DNA from: Dehalococcoidia bacterium
GTDB lineage: Bacteria; Chloroflexota; Dehalococcoidia; Lucifugimonadales; UBA2985
Reading direction: 5' to 3'
NCBI GenBank assembly: GCA_965221925.1
Contig: OZ244924.1
Location: 1,929,352 to 1,993,351 of the forward strand
Length of the DNA: 64,000 bases
Positions within the stretch are counted from its first letter, which is position 1. Each line of letters opens with the position of its first letter. Positions 1 through 10,417 of this stretch are shown piece by piece. The translations under genes and the position numbers were made by a program. The notes beneath the pieces are model-generated. The model had not been told where the DNA came from. It ran no database searches and saw nothing but the letters and a program-made list of their open reading frames with translations.

Positions 1-31
1 TTCACCCAACAGTTATCATCTTGAAACTACT

Positions 32-970
32 ATGGAAATCAAGTCCAAAAGCATCCTGGATTACATTGGGAACACTCCGCTTGTGGAGATACCACGGATG
101 AGCCCCAAGCCCGGAGTCCGTATCTTCGCCAAGCTGGAAGGGCATAATCCCACGGGAAGCATCAAAGACAGGGTGGCCCAATACCTGGTGCGGCAGGCGG
201 AGGAACGCGGTGACCTGAAGCCGGGCCAGACCTTGATAGAGGCCAGCACCGGGAACACGGCCCTTGCCCTGGCCCTGGCAGCCAAGCAAAAAGGGTACAA
301 GGTGAAGGCGGTGATGCTCCGCAGGGCAACCCCCGGAATGGCGGAGCTGCTGGCAACCTACGGCGTGGAGGTGATATGGTGCGCGCCACAGGCCGGGATG
401 AAGGGCGCCATAGAGATGGCCGAGCGGCTGAGCCGGGAGAGCGGTTGGTTCAACACCCGCCAGTTTGAGAGCGCGGCCAACCTGCAGGCACACTACGAGA
501 CCACTGGGCCGGAGATCCTGGAAGCCATCCCGCAGGTGGACGTCTTCGTCGCCGGCATAGGCACTGGCGGGACCCTCATGGGCGCCGGCAAGAGGCTCAA
601 GGAGCGCAACCCGCAGACCAGGGTAATAGGCGTGGAGCCCAGGATTGGCGACCAGATCCAGGGTCTGCGAAGCCTTCAGGAAGGCTACATACCACCCCTG
701 CTGGACCTGGACATGCTGGACGGAAGGTTTCTTGTGGACACCGCGGAAGCCTTTGAATCCGCAAGGTCCCTGCTGGAGAACGAGGGTATACTCGCAGGCG
801 TTTCCTCCGGGGCGGTCCTCAGCTGCGCCCGGCGGATAGCCGAGCGAATGGACAGCGGCAATATCGTCGTCATCTTCGCTGACGGCGGATGGAAGTACAT
901 GACGGCAGGCCCCTGGCGGGAAGAGATGGAGGCCAGGATGCTGAACCCGGACGATACCGCCTGGTGGTAG
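32..970 (+). CDS. PLP-dependent cysteine synthase family protein (CysM/CysK-like)
   Basis: 312-aa ORF. GNTPLVE N-terminus, PLP-lysine motif NPTGSIKDR and GIGTGGT glycine loop. A second paralogue lies at 54310-55203. Confidence 0.8.
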   Translation: MEIKSKSILDYIGNTPLVEIPRMSPKPGVRIFAKLEGHNPTGSIKDRVAQYLVRQAEERGDLKPGQTLIEASTGNTALALALAAKQKGYKVKAVMLRRATPGMAELLATYGVEVIWCAPQAGMKGAIEMAERLSRESGWFNTRQFESAANLQAHYETTGPEILEAIPQVDVFVAGIGTGGTLMGAGKRLKERNPQTRVIGVEPRIGDQIQGLRSLQEGYIPPLLDLDMLDGRFLVDTAEAFESARSLLENEGILAGVSSGAVLSCARRIAERMDSGNIVVIFADGGWKYMTAGPWREEMEARMLNPDDTAWW

Positions 971-977
971 CCTGGGG

Positions 978-2570
978 CTAGAGCGGGGCCGGCATTCCGC
1001 GTTTTATCAGGAAGTACTCCATGCTATCGGCCAGGGCCATCAAACTGGCCTCGATGATGTTGCCTGAGGAGCCAACCGTCTGCCATTGGGTCTGTCCATC
1101 GGTGGACTCTATGAGCACCCTCACCACGGCCCGCGTGTCTTGGCCCTGGTCCACCACGCGCACCTTGTAGTCCAGCAGTCGGACCGCGTCCAACCAGGGA
1201 TAGAATTCCAACAGGGCCTTGCGCAGGGCGTTGTCCAGGGCGTTCACCGGGCCGTTGCCCTCCGCGGCGGTGTGCATCACCCGGGACTCCACCTTCACCT
1301 TGACCACCGCCTCCGCCAGCATATCCTCGTGGACGTCCTCGACGCCGCGGCGTCGGTCCTCCACCAGCGCCATGATCTCCAGCAGCTCAAAGGGAGGCTT
1401 GTAACCTTCAATGGTCCTTCTCACCATCAGCTCGAAGGATGCCGCCGCGCCTTCGTACTGGAAGCCCTTGCTTTCCTGCGCCTTGAGCTTCTCCAGGAGA
1501 GACGTCACCTGCTCCCGGCTCACCTTGTCCGCCAACCCCATCTCATTGAGTCTAAGCAGGATATTCCCCCGCCCGGATAGCTCGGATATCACCACGCGCT
1601 TGGCGTTCCCCACCGTCTCCGGGGCAATGTGCTGGTAGCTCTCCTCAATCTTTGCCACCGCGGCCGCATGGAGTCCCCCCTTGTGGCTGAAGGAGCTGGC
1701 GCCTACGTATGGCTGCTGGCGATTGGGCGGAATGTTCACGGTCTCGCTGACGTAGTTGGACAGATCCGTGAGACTGGCCAGTTGCTCGTCTGTCACGCAC
1801 TGAACGCCCATCTTCGCCTTCAGGTTGGCTATGATGGATAGGAGGTTGGCATTGCCACACCGCTCGCCGTACCCGTTGATCGTCCCCTGCACCTGGGTAA
1901 CGCCCGACATCACCGCGGCCAGGGAGTTTGCCACCGCCATGTCGGCGTCGTTGTGGCAGTGGATACCCAGCGGGGTCTTCACCTCTCGAATCACCCTATG
2001 GATTATGTCGGTCATCTCTATGGTCAGGACGCCGCCGTTGGTGTCGCACAGAACCAGGCAGTCTGCTCCGGCCTCAGCAGCCGCCTTGACGCTCTGAATG
2101 GCGTACTCTGGGTTGGACTTGAATCCATCAAAGAAGTGCTCGGCGTCGTAGAATACAGTGCGCCCACGCTTCTTGAGGAAGGATACGGAGTCCGCAATCA
2201 TAGCCAGGTTCTCCTCCAGGGTGGTCTCCAACACCCTGTGGACGTGGAGGTCTGAACTCTTCCCCACCAGCGTTACGGCCGGGGTTTCCGCGGCCAGAAG
2301 CGCCTGGATGTTGCCATCGTCCTCCACCCGTATGCCGGCGTGGCGAGTGCTCCCGAACGCGGAGATGCGGGCGTTGGAGAGGGAAATGTCTTTGACTCTT
2401 CGGAAGTACTCCACGTCCTTCGGATTGGATCCCGGCCACCCACCCTCAACGTAGTGGATACCCAACTCATCCAGCTTACGAGTAATCTTGATCTTGTCCT
2501 CCGCAGAGAGGGAGATGCCCTCCTGTTGCGCCCCGTCTCTAAGCGTAGTGTCGTATAGCTGTATCTCCAT
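978..2570 (-). CDS. cimA: (R)-citramalate synthase
   Basis: 530-aa ORF starting MEIQLYDTTLRDGAQQEG (DRE-TIM/HMGL-like) with a C-terminal LeuA-dimer-like region. Length fits CimA type. Preceded by a T-box with an Ile (AUC) specifier. Confidence 0.85.
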   Translation of the reverse strand: MEIQLYDTTLRDGAQQEGISLSAEDKIKITRKLDELGIHYVEGGWPGSNPKDVEYFRRVKDISLSNARISAFGSTRHAGIRVEDDGNIQALLAAETPAVTLVGKSSDLHVHRVLETTLEENLAMIADSVSFLKKRGRTVFYDAEHFFDGFKSNPEYAIQSVKAAAEAGADCLVLCDTNGGVLTIEMTDIIHRVIREVKTPLGIHCHNDADMAVANSLAAVMSGVTQVQGTINGYGERCGNANLLSIIANLKAKMGVQCVTDEQLASLTDLSNYVSETVNIPPNRQQPYVGASSFSHKGGLHAAAVAKIEESYQHIAPETVGNAKRVVISELSGRGNILLRLNEMGLADKVSREQVTSLLEKLKAQESKGFQYEGAAASFELMVRRTIEGYKPPFELLEIMALVEDRRRGVEDVHEDMLAEAVVKVKVESRVMHTAAEGNGPVNALDNALRKALLEFYPWLDAVRLLDYKVRVVDQGQDTRAVVRVLIESTDGQTQWQTVGSSGNIIEASLMALADSMEYFLIKRGMPAPL

Positions 2571-2574
2571 TGCT

Positions 2575-2860
2575 CCCCCCTACAAATAAAAAGCCCCGCC
2601 CCACAAGGGACGGGACATAAACTCCCGCGGTACCACCCTTTTTCCCCGATAACCGGGGCGCTCTGTTTTCAGGACACCGTCATGTCCCCGTACTGGTAAC
2701 GGCTACGACCCCGGCCCGGTCTACTGGCCCCGCTCGCGGAGCTTTCGGCGAGCAGCTCAGGAGTGATTTTCCGAAGCGCCCTTCGCGTCTGCTCGCACCA
2801 TTCCAGACTCGCTGGGCGAGGGTATGCTTCGTACTCGTCTCCGTCTTCGCTTTTACAAGC
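2575..2860 (-). promoter_or_regulatory. T-box riboswitch leader, Ile (AUC) specifier
   Basis: Minus strand has stem I with GGAGAC-GAGUA-CGAAGC pairing to GCUUCG-GAAAAUCA-CUCC. AUC (2765-2767) is followed by A next to the lower helix. The conserved T-box sequence AAAAAGGGUGGUACCGCGGGA lies at 2623-2643, followed by the terminator hairpin. Confidence 0.75.
2586..2616 (-). terminator. intrinsic terminator arm of the cimA T-box leader
   Basis: Minus-strand hairpin GUCCCGUCCC-UUGU-GGGGCGGGGC (two G-U pairs) followed by UUUUUAUUU, just upstream of the cimA ATG. Confidence 0.7.
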
Positions 2861-2865
2861 AGGAC

Positions 2866-2893
2866 GGTATCACACAACGCGGGGGCAGGTCAA
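2866..2893 (-). promoter_or_regulatory. candidate sigma-70 promoter of the T-box/cimA transcript
   Basis: Minus strand TTGACC (2888-2893), 16 nt, then TGtGATACC (extended -10, hexamer 2866-2871), a few nt upstream of stem I. Confidence 0.4.
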
Positions 2894-2965
2894 GACGACT
2901 GTGAAGCAGAGGACGGCCGGGATCAGGTCTCAGGGGCCGGACTGCCAGGCGGGGTCAGCCTGAAC

Positions 2966-3853
2966 CTACTTGTCCTCCAGCTTTCGACCGATCTCGCGGA
3001 GGAAGTTCTCCACTCCGGGAGCCAATGGCGGGGTTTCCTCAGCCGGCTCAGGGTCCTGCTGGTCGTCGTAGTACTCTTCCAGCTTGGACACCAGGGCTTT
3101 GACCTGTGAGTTGTACTCCATCTGGCTGCCCACCTCCTGGTACTGCTCTGCGCCCCTGTCTGCCTCTACAAGGTGGGGGGGGAAATCGTAGAGAGCGCAC
3201 AGGACTTCCATAAGCCTGGCCGTCCCGGCATAGTCCTCATCCAGGCTCAGGTAGTGGGGCAGATGCACCATGAAGTTGATCATCTCCGTGCCAAGGCTCT
3301 GGAGCTCCTCCGTCAACGAGTTCATTATGCTGGTGGGGCCCTGGTAGCCCCCCGTTGCCTGGCGGGGCGTGATGAGACCCGCCAGGCTCGGCATCTTCTC
3401 CATCTCAGGCGAACCAGTGATCCGGAGACGCCTGGTGTGTGGCACCGCGTTGTACATTCCGCTAATGCGGCAGTAGCTCTTTACGTCCAGCGCCCTGAAC
3501 AGGTCGACGACGGACTTGACGTACCTCTCAGCAAAGGCGTGAGGCTCCATGAGATGGATAAAGAGGAAATCCGGGCCATCGTCCTGAGTCGTGTAGTATA
3601 TGTTTGTGTTGGGGACCACTATCACCCTCTCGCCCTCCACAAACTTGGAGGTAGGGCGGTAGCGGGTGAAATCGAAGAAGGTCCCGGGACGACGCAGCTT
3701 ACCCAACTCCCTAGCCCCAAAGTGGCTCTCCAGCCTCTCCAAGGCCAAAGTCCCAACACTTCCCGCGTCTACCCAGGGGTGAAGTAGGGCAATTGCATGG
3801 AGATCCTTGAGCTCCGGGACAGGCTCGTTGATGTCAAACGCACCAATTCTCAT
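2966..3853 (-). CDS. PAC2 (proteasome assembly chaperone-like) family protein
   Basis: Conserved part starts at MRIGAFDINEP (ATG at 3853). Contains the HPWVDAGSVG motif typical of the PAC2 family and an acidic C-terminal tail. The longer ORF to 4042 runs through a palindromic repeat and is rejected. Confidence 0.55.
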   Translation of the reverse strand: MRIGAFDINEPVPELKDLHAIALLHPWVDAGSVGTLALERLESHFGARELGKLRRPGTFFDFTRYRPTSKFVEGERVIVVPNTNIYYTTQDDGPDFLFIHLMEPHAFAERYVKSVVDLFRALDVKSYCRISGMYNAVPHTRRLRITGSPEMEKMPSLAGLITPRQATGGYQGPTSIMNSLTEELQSLGTEMINFMVHLPHYLSLDEDYAGTARLMEVLCALYDFPPHLVEADRGAEQYQEVGSQMEYNSQVKALVSKLEEYYDDQQDPEPAEETPPLAPGVENFLREIGRKLEDK

Positions 3854-4042
3854 ATATACATTTTCCCACAATACCGGGGATTTAGCAAATGGGCGGATAT
3901 TACGGTAGTGTCTACAGGCGCCGGCAGTTGTCAACGCTGGCTGGAGCGCCATGTCGTTCCTGCAAAAGGAGACCATTGCATAACCGTCTGCCCGGGCCAC
4001 AGAATCCCTTCCCACGTAACCGGGGGAGGGTTGTTCCCACAT

Positions 4043-4070
4043 GTAGGGGCGGTTCGCGAACCGCCCCTAC
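4043..4070. repeat. 28-bp perfect palindrome (REP-like)
   Basis: GTAGGGGCGGTTCGCGAACCGCCCCTAC is its own reverse complement. It is intergenic between the PAC2 and YHS genes. Confidence 0.8.
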
Positions 4071-4184
4071 GCGGAAGGGCGGCCGCCTGTCATGCCGCCA
4101 TTTCACCCATCTACAGCAGACATCCCTTTTGAGCGTACAAACATCTGTCTCTCACCTGGAAGCGGCACACACTCCCGGAGCTTC

Positions 4185-4391
4185 TCACATCTCTACGCTC
4201 TTCTCCCCGGAGAGGTAGGCTTCCGGCTCCTTGGAGAAGGCCACACGGCAGCCTGGGCCGCAGAAATAGTAGGTCTGCCCCTCGTGCTCGTGGGTCCCGC
4301 CGTTTGGGTTCTTGACGTTGACCTCCATGTGGCACACCGGGTCTATGGCCGGTTCACCCTTGCCGACGCTCAGGAACGGTATCCGCAGCAT
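4185..4391 (-). CDS. YHS/TRASH-domain metal-binding protein
   Basis: 68 aa with DPVCHMEV...YYFCGPGCRVAF. GAGGAGG ribosome-binding site (RBS). Sits directly downstream of copA. Confidence 0.7.
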   Translation of the reverse strand: MLRIPFLSVGKGEPAIDPVCHMEVNVKNPNGGTHEHEGQTYYFCGPGCRVAFSKEPEAYLSGEKSVEM

Positions 4392-4422
4392 GTGAAGCCT
4401 CCTCTGTTGTTATCGAATATGC

Positions 4423-6954
4423 CTAGCTGAGCTTGGCCTTGCGCAGTCGCAGCGAGTTGGTGACCACGGAGACGGAGCTAAGCGCCATCGCGCCCGCGGC
4501 CATGACCGGATTGAGGAATCCGTAGTCTCCCAGGATGTACCGCAGAGGGCCGTCCGGAACGCCGGTGTTGAGGACTTCAAAGAACAGCACAAAGAAAAGG
4601 CCTGCGGCGACGGGTATCAGGACAGTGTTGTAGCCAAATGCCCAGAACAGGTTCTGCCATATAGTCCTGGTGGTGGCTTTGGACAGGGCGATGGCTTGTG
4701 GCACACCTCGCAGGTCGCCGCGCATGAGAGTGACATCGGCAGACGCGATGGCTACGTCGGTACCGGTGCCCAGGGCAATCCCGACATCTGCCCTGGTCAG
4801 GGCCGGGGCGTCGTTGATGCCGTCGCCCACCATAGCCACGGTCTTGCCCTCCTCCTGAAGCGAGCGTATCTTGTCGGCCTTCTGGTCCGGTAGCACCTCG
4901 GCAATAACCCGGTCAATGCCCACCTGCCCGGCTATGGCTCCGGCGGTGCGCCGGTCGTCGCCGGTGAGCATAATGACCTCCAGCCCCAGCTTGTGCATCG
5001 CCTCCACCGCCTCGCGGGACTCCGGCCTCAGCGTGTCTGCCACGGCGATGACCCCGGCCGCTTTGCCATCCATTGCTGCGAATATGGGCGTCTTGCCCTG
5101 CTCCGAAAGCTCACGACCCATGTCTTCCAGGCCGTCCAGGGGGACGCCCAGCTCCTTCATCAGGGCAGGGTTTCCCAGTACGACCGTGGAGCCGTTGACC
5201 TGGGCCTGGACGCCATGGCCCGGAAGGGCCTGGAACAGGGCGGCGTCTTCCAATGTTAACTCTCTTTCCGCGGCCGCCTCCACCAGCGCCTTGCCCAGAG
5301 GGTGCTCGGAGCCGCGCTCGGCGGACGCCGCCAGCCGGAGCAACTCCTTCTCCGGCAGATGAAGCGATACAACGTCCGTCACCACTGGCTTTCCCAGGGT
5401 TAGGGTGCCGGTCTTGTCCAATACCACAGTCTGAAGCCTGTATGCCCGCTCAAGCGCCTCCGCATTGCGTATCAGGATGCCGCGCTCTGCGCCCTTGCCC
5501 ATGCCCACGACTATGGCGGTTGGCGTTGCCAGGCCAAGGGCGCAGGGACATGCGATAACCAGCACAGCAACGAGGTTTAGAATGGCAATGGGGACCACCG
5601 GCGAGACCGGGGCCCAGATTATCCATCCCACAAAGGTGACCAGGGCTATACCCAGGACCGCAGGCACGAAGCGGGCGGCTACCCTGTCCACCAGGCGCTG
5701 TATTGGCGCCTGCGACCCCTGGGCTTCCTGTACCAGCTGGATGATGTTGGCTAAGGCGGTGTCCTTGCCAATTCTGGTAGCCCTGAACCGGAAGCTGCCT
5801 ACCTTGTTGATGGTTGCGCCGTAAACGGTGGAGCCGGCGCTCTTCTCCACCGGCAGGCTCTCTCCGGTGAGCATCGACTCATCGACTGCCGATTCGCCAT
5901 CGGTCACCTCGCCGTCAACGGCTATCCTCTCGCCGGGACGCACTACCAGGATGTCGCCAAGAGCGACCTCATCAATGGGCACGTCGGTTTCCACGCCGTC
6001 CCTCACTACGGTGGCGGTCTTTGGCTGGAGGACCATGAGTTTGCGGATGGCCTCGGACGTCTGCCCCTTGGCGCGGGCCTCAAGCAGCCGCCCCAGCAGC
6101 ACAAGGCAGATGACGATGGTGGATGCGTCGAAGTAGGTACCGGCGCTGTGGCTGAGCGCGCTGTTGGCGTGGACCAGATGCGCGTCGGCGAAGTATCCTT
6201 CGAAGAAGGTAAGGAAGGCACTGTAGCCGTACGCCACGCTGGTCCCAATGGCGATGAGGGTGTTCATGTTGGAGGTGCGGCGCTTCAGGGCGCCCCAGGC
6301 GCTCCGGTAAAAGGTCGCTCCAATCCAGAACTGCACCGGCGTCGCCAGCGTCCAGAGTATGAGGTTGAGTTGGAATGAAGTCAGGCCCAGGGTCTCAAGG
6401 GGGATGTACATGGTGACCATCATCACAGCGCCGACCACGCCGGCAATGATGACCTTGCGAGCCAGCGCCCTGACCTCACGGGTGCGGGCCAGGCGCTCCT
6501 CGCCCTCTTCGGCTCCCTCGTCGTCGACGCCCTCGACCGTGTAGCCCGCATCGTCCACCATCGCCTTCATGTCGGGCAGGGAGGCCTGCCCGGGGATGTA
6601 CTCGACCGTTGCCTGCTCCGTAGCCAGGTTGACGCTGGCCGATATGACGCCGTCCACCTCCCTGAGGGCGTTGCCAACGTGGGAGACGCAGGCGGCGCAG
6701 GTCATTCCGCCGATGTTCAGGGTGACGCGAGACACGCCGGCCTTGTACCCGGCGTCGTCCACAGCTTCCAGCAGCTCCGGGATGGTGGCCCGCTCCGGGT
6801 CGAACTCCACGGTGGCCTGCTCCATTGCCAGATTGACCTCTGCGGAGGTTACGCCGTCCACCTCTCGAAGGGCGTTGCCCACGTGGGAGACGCAGGCGGC
6901 GCAGGTCATTCCCGCTACGGGCAGGGTGATGCTTTTGAGGTCTTTGATGGTCAT
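4423..6954 (-). CDS. copA: copper-translocating P1B-type ATPase
   Basis: 843 aa with two N-terminal HMA domains (GMTCAACV twice), TGES, a CPC transmembrane motif ([11 protein letters not shown]), DKTGT and GDGINDAP. Confidence 0.92.
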   Translation of the reverse strand: MTIKDLKSITLPVAGMTCAACVSHVGNALREVDGVTSAEVNLAMEQATVEFDPERATIPELLEAVDDAGYKAGVSRVTLNIGGMTCAACVSHVGNALREVDGVISASVNLATEQATVEYIPGQASLPDMKAMVDDAGYTVEGVDDEGAEEGEERLARTREVRALARKVIIAGVVGAVMMVTMYIPLETLGLTSFQLNLILWTLATPVQFWIGATFYRSAWGALKRRTSNMNTLIAIGTSVAYGYSAFLTFFEGYFADAHLVHANSALSHSAGTYFDASTIVICLVLLGRLLEARAKGQTSEAIRKLMVLQPKTATVVRDGVETDVPIDEVALGDILVVRPGERIAVDGEVTDGESAVDESMLTGESLPVEKSAGSTVYGATINKVGSFRFRATRIGKDTALANIIQLVQEAQGSQAPIQRLVDRVAARFVPAVLGIALVTFVGWIIWAPVSPVVPIAILNLVAVLVIACPCALGLATPTAIVVGMGKGAERGILIRNAEALERAYRLQTVVLDKTGTLTLGKPVVTDVVSLHLPEKELLRLAASAERGSEHPLGKALVEAAAERELTLEDAALFQALPGHGVQAQVNGSTVVLGNPALMKELGVPLDGLEDMGRELSEQGKTPIFAAMDGKAAGVIAVADTLRPESREAVEAMHKLGLEVIMLTGDDRRTAGAIAGQVGIDRVIAEVLPDQKADKIRSLQEEGKTVAMVGDGINDAPALTRADVGIALGTGTDVAIASADVTLMRGDLRGVPQAIALSKATTRTIWQNLFWAFGYNTVLIPVAAGLFFVLFFEVLNTGVPDGPLRYILGDYGFLNPVMAAGAMALSSVSVVTNSLRLRKAKLS

Positions 6955-7109
6955 GGCAGAGATTCCTTTAGTAAGCCTCAGGCGCGGTGCTGAGTCTGGT
7001 ATACCAGGCTGCGCCTTCTCTACCAGTTTACACCATTAGGCAATGTCAGGGGGCTCTAAAGATATGTGAGCAGGGCAGAATCTCCCGGCTCTCGGTCCCG
7101 GCCAACTCG

Positions 7110-8318
7110 CTATCCTGCTACCAGGGACCTGCGTCTTGGCGATGCGTTATTCGGCGTGAAGTCGATCACCTCTACCTGGGCCACCGCCGCGTCCACCAGG
7201 GCGAGGATGTCCAACGCGGCCTCCAGCCGTTCAACCTCCTCGACAGTCGTGCGTGTGGCCGGGTGGCGGGGCGTGAACAGGGTGCAGCAATCTTCGTCCG
7301 GCAGGATGGAGATGGGGTAGGTGTCGATGTGACGCGCTTCGTTGATGATCTCCAGTTTGTCCATGCCAATGAGCGGGCTGAGGACAGGGAGAGTTGCCGC
7401 GCTGCGCACGGTGGACAGGTTATCCAGCGTCTGCGACCCCACTTGCCCAAGGCTCTCTCCCGTAACCAGGGCCTTGGCGCCGTGCTGCCGGGCAATCCGC
7501 TCCGCAATCCGGACCATGAAGCGTCGGTATATGACCACCCTGTAAGCGGGCGGAACGGACAGGATGATGTTCCTCTGCACGTCTGCAAAAGGCGCCATGA
7601 CCAGGGTGGAGCGATACTGATACCGGTTCAATAGCTCCACCAGCTCCAGGGCCTTTTCCCTGGAAGACCCGTCCACCAGGGGGAAGCTGTGGAAGTGGAC
7701 GAATGTCACCAGGCATCCCCGCTTCATCATGCGCCACGCCGCCACCGGGGAGTCGATGCCCCCGGACATGAGCGCGGCCACCTTGCCGCTGATGCCCACC
7801 GGGAGACCGCCGGGCCCCTGTTCCTCATGGAAGTAGACCAGGGCCTCTCTGGGCAGTATCTCCACAAAGATGTTGACATCCGGGTCTTTCAGGCTGACCT
7901 CCGCGCCGGTAAGCTGCTGTACCATCGTCCCCACGTCACGGTTGAGATCCAGCGAGGTCAGCGGAAAGGACTTGTCGCCGCGCTTGGACGTAATGCGAAA
8001 GGTCCGGAAGCTGAGACCGGCCGCTTCCTCTGCTATGAACTCCCTGATTGCGTCCAGTGACCTGGGTAGCTTGTAGCAGCGATAGAACTTGACCACGCCG
8101 AATACCCTGCTCAACCTGCCGCTTATCTCCTCCCAAGACGCTTCCGGCGCAAGGGTGACCTCCACTCCCATGTGCCGCTTGGCCACGCGTGTCACTGCCG
8201 CGCCCCTGAGCGCAGTCCTGATATTGCGCGCCAGTTGGTTGAAGAATGCGGGGCGGTTCTTGCCCTTGAGAGCTATCTCGTGGACACGGACGATTACTGA
8301 GTTGAGAGGGTAACTCAT
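7110..8318 (-). CDS. thiI: tRNA 4-thiouridine(8) synthase ThiI
   Basis: 402 aa. N-terminal ferredoxin-like/THUMP region (VRVHEIALKGKNR) and PP-loop SGGIDSPVA. Confidence 0.88.
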   Translation of the reverse strand: MSYPLNSVIVRVHEIALKGKNRPAFFNQLARNIRTALRGAAVTRVAKRHMGVEVTLAPEASWEEISGRLSRVFGVVKFYRCYKLPRSLDAIREFIAEEAAGLSFRTFRITSKRGDKSFPLTSLDLNRDVGTMVQQLTGAEVSLKDPDVNIFVEILPREALVYFHEEQGPGGLPVGISGKVAALMSGGIDSPVAAWRMMKRGCLVTFVHFHSFPLVDGSSREKALELVELLNRYQYRSTLVMAPFADVQRNIILSVPPAYRVVIYRRFMVRIAERIARQHGAKALVTGESLGQVGSQTLDNLSTVRSAATLPVLSPLIGMDKLEIINEARHIDTYPISILPDEDCCTLFTPRHPATRTTVEEVERLEAALDILALVDAAVAQVEVIDFTPNNASPRRRSLVAG

Positions 8319-8428
8319 GGGTATTTGGAGGCCAATCTGGGACTATCGCGCCGTTGCCGACCGCAAGCCTGGAGGCGTCCCTGTGCCGAAACCCCTTCTC
8401 CGGGGACGGATTCGGGGCGGTCCGGGAT

Positions 8429-9331
8429 CTATGCCCCGGCCGCCACGGGGATGTCTATCCGGTAGTCCCTCAGCATGGACTGGAGCTGCTCCGCCGTCTT
8501 CTCGTCCGGCTCCGTCAGGGGCAGCCGTGGACTGCCCACGGGGAAGCCTACGTGGTTCAGGCTGTATTTCACAGGGATGGGGTTGGACAGCACGAACAGG
8601 CCCTTGAATATGGGCAGCAACCGCAGGTGCTCCGCAGCGGCCTGCGCTGTGTCGCCGGCCGATACCAGGTCCATCATCGCCTTGATCTGGCTTCCCACCA
8701 GGTGAGACGCCACGCTGACCACGCCGTAGCCGCCCAGAGACATGATCCCGAAGGTATCGTTGTCGTTGCCGCTCCACACACGGAAGTCTTTGGAAGCGCC
8801 GGAGATGATGCGGGCTATCTGGTCGAAGTCGCCGCTGGCCTCCTTGACCCCGATGATGTTGTCCACCTGGGCGAGCTTCAACGTGGTCTCCCAGGAGAGG
8901 CTGGTGATTGTGCGGCTGGGCACGTTGTACAGGATGCAGGGCAGCCGCGTGCTCTCGGCAATGGCCCTGAAGTGGCGGTACAGGCCCTCCTGTGGAGGCT
9001 TGTTGTAGTATGGGACAACCAGCAGGGCCGCGTCCGCGCCCTCCCGCTCGGCCTCCTGTGTCAGCTCTATGCTCTCCGCGGTGCTGTAGTTACCCGTGCC
9101 TGCGACTACGGCCCCGCGGTCGCCAAGCTCGTTCTTGATCTCCCGGAAGAGCCGGAGCTTCTCCTCTTTGGTCAGGGTGGGCGACTCGCCGGTTGTGCCG
9201 GAGATCACCAGGCCGTCGCTTCCGGACTCCAGAAGGGAAGATGCCAGGCGCTTTGCCTGGGCGTAGTCCACCTGTCCCCGCCCGTCGAAGGGCGTAACCA
9301 TCGCTGTTATGAGCCTGCCCACGGAAACCAT
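8429..9331 (-). CDS. dapA: 4-hydroxy-tetrahydrodipicolinate synthase
   Basis: Starts at MVSVGRLITAMVTPF (ATG 9331) with RBS GGAGG upstream. GTTGES motif present. The longer ORF to 9736 overlaps asd and is rejected. Confidence 0.9.
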   Translation of the reverse strand: MVSVGRLITAMVTPFDGRGQVDYAQAKRLASSLLESGSDGLVISGTTGESPTLTKEEKLRLFREIKNELGDRGAVVAGTGNYSTAESIELTQEAEREGADAALLVVPYYNKPPQEGLYRHFRAIAESTRLPCILYNVPSRTITSLSWETTLKLAQVDNIIGVKEASGDFDQIARIISGASKDFRVWSGNDNDTFGIMSLGGYGVVSVASHLVGSQIKAMMDLVSAGDTAQAAAEHLRLLPIFKGLFVLSNPIPVKYSLNHVGFPVGSPRLPLTEPDEKTAEQLQSMLRDYRIDIPVAAGA

Positions 9332-9336
9332 AGCGC

Positions 9337-10368
9337 CTACCTCCTGTTGGATGGGGTTAACGTCCTCTCCCTGACCACCTCCTCCGCTATCTGTACAGCG
9401 TTCAGTGCCGCCCCTTTCCGCAGGTTGTCGGACACCACCCACATGACAAGGCCCCTTGGGTGGGAGATGTCCCGCCTTATGCGTCCCACAAATACATCGT
9501 CTGTGCCGGCGGCCCATATGGGCAGTGGATACAGATGCTCCCCTGGGTTGTCCTGGACCGTGACCCCCGGCGCGCAGGACAGGATGTCCCTGGCCTCCTG
9601 GGGAGACATGGGCCGGCTGAACTCCGCGTTCACCGACTCGCTGTGGCTCGTGTAGACAGGCACCCGGACGCAGGTGGCGCACACGGGCATATCCGGCGCG
9701 TGCATTATCTTGCGGGTCTCCTGGACCATCTTCCACTCCTCGGTTGTGTAGTCGTCAAGGAAGCTGTCCACAAAGGGCAGGACGTTCAACGCTATCTGAT
9801 GCGGGAATGCCTGCGATGAAATGTCGTCCTCTCTGCCCTCCGCGATAAGGGCGACCTGCTGCCACAGCTCCTCAACCGCGGCGGCCCCGGCGCCGGACAC
9901 CGCCTGGTACGTGGAGACGATGATGCGCTCTATGGGGTTCACCCTGTGCAGGGGATTGAGAGCCACCACCATCTGGATGGTGGAGCAGTTGGGGTTGGCA
10001 ATGATGCCCTTGTGGGACGCAGCGTCCTCAGGGTTGACCTCCGGCACAACCAGGGGCGTCTCCGGATCCATGCGGAAGGCAGAGCTGTTGTCGATGGCGA
10101 CCGCGCCGGCGCGTGCGGCTATGGGCGCGAACCGCTTGCTTACGTCGCCGCCGGCGGAGAACAGGGCGATGTCGATATTCTCGAAGGAGTCGTCGCCGGT
10201 CTCCTCCACAACCAACTCCTCGCCCATGAACGAGAGGCTCTTTCCCGCGGAACGGTCCGAGGCGTAGAGGCGAAGGGAGGACATAGGGAACTTCCTCTCC
10301 TCAAGGATTCTGAGGAACTCCCCGCCCACAAGGCCTGTTGCGCCCACTATTGCAACGCGATAGCTCAT
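9337..10368 (-). CDS. asd: aspartate-semialdehyde dehydrogenase
   Basis: 343 aa. VAIVGATGLVG NAD(P) loop and the NPNCSTI active-site Cys motif. Confidence 0.92.
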   Translation of the reverse strand: MSYRVAIVGATGLVGGEFLRILEERKFPMSSLRLYASDRSAGKSLSFMGEELVVEETGDDSFENIDIALFSAGGDVSKRFAPIAARAGAVAIDNSSAFRMDPETPLVVPEVNPEDAASHKGIIANPNCSTIQMVVALNPLHRVNPIERIIVSTYQAVSGAGAAAVEELWQQVALIAEGREDDISSQAFPHQIALNVLPFVDSFLDDYTTEEWKMVQETRKIMHAPDMPVCATCVRVPVYTSHSESVNAEFSRPMSPQEARDILSCAPGVTVQDNPGEHLYPLPIWAAGTDDVFVGRIRRDISHPRGLVMWVVSDNLRKGAALNAVQIAEEVVRERTLTPSNRR

Positions 10369-10417
10369 TGGATTCTCCCGAGGTATTTTAACAACGCTTC
10401 GGTTTGTACATCAAGGG

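Noticed and set aside
8354-9655. Long antisense ORFs opposite real genes. Examples are 8354-9655, 11554-13149, 18722-19744, 19820-20665, 31384-32253, 36935-38392, 50594-51802, 54205-55251, 56900-57925 and 61036-62196.
   Set aside because: These are shadow ORFs typical of GC-rich DNA. Their products are Arg/Gly/Pro/His-rich and low in complexity, with no recognisable motifs. The opposite strand carries clearly identifiable conserved genes.
8429-9736. N-terminally extended versions of several ORFs. These are dapA to 9736, PAC2 to 4042, prx to 27102, yidD to 24245, rpmH to 24699, cysK to 55353, gnd from 39945, rpiB from 36633, pnp to 13584 and the PQQ lipoprotein to 23935.
   Set aside because: The extensions overlap neighbouring genes or repeats and lack similarity to the families. 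Conserved N-termini with RBS-like sequences occur at the internal starts used in the feature list.
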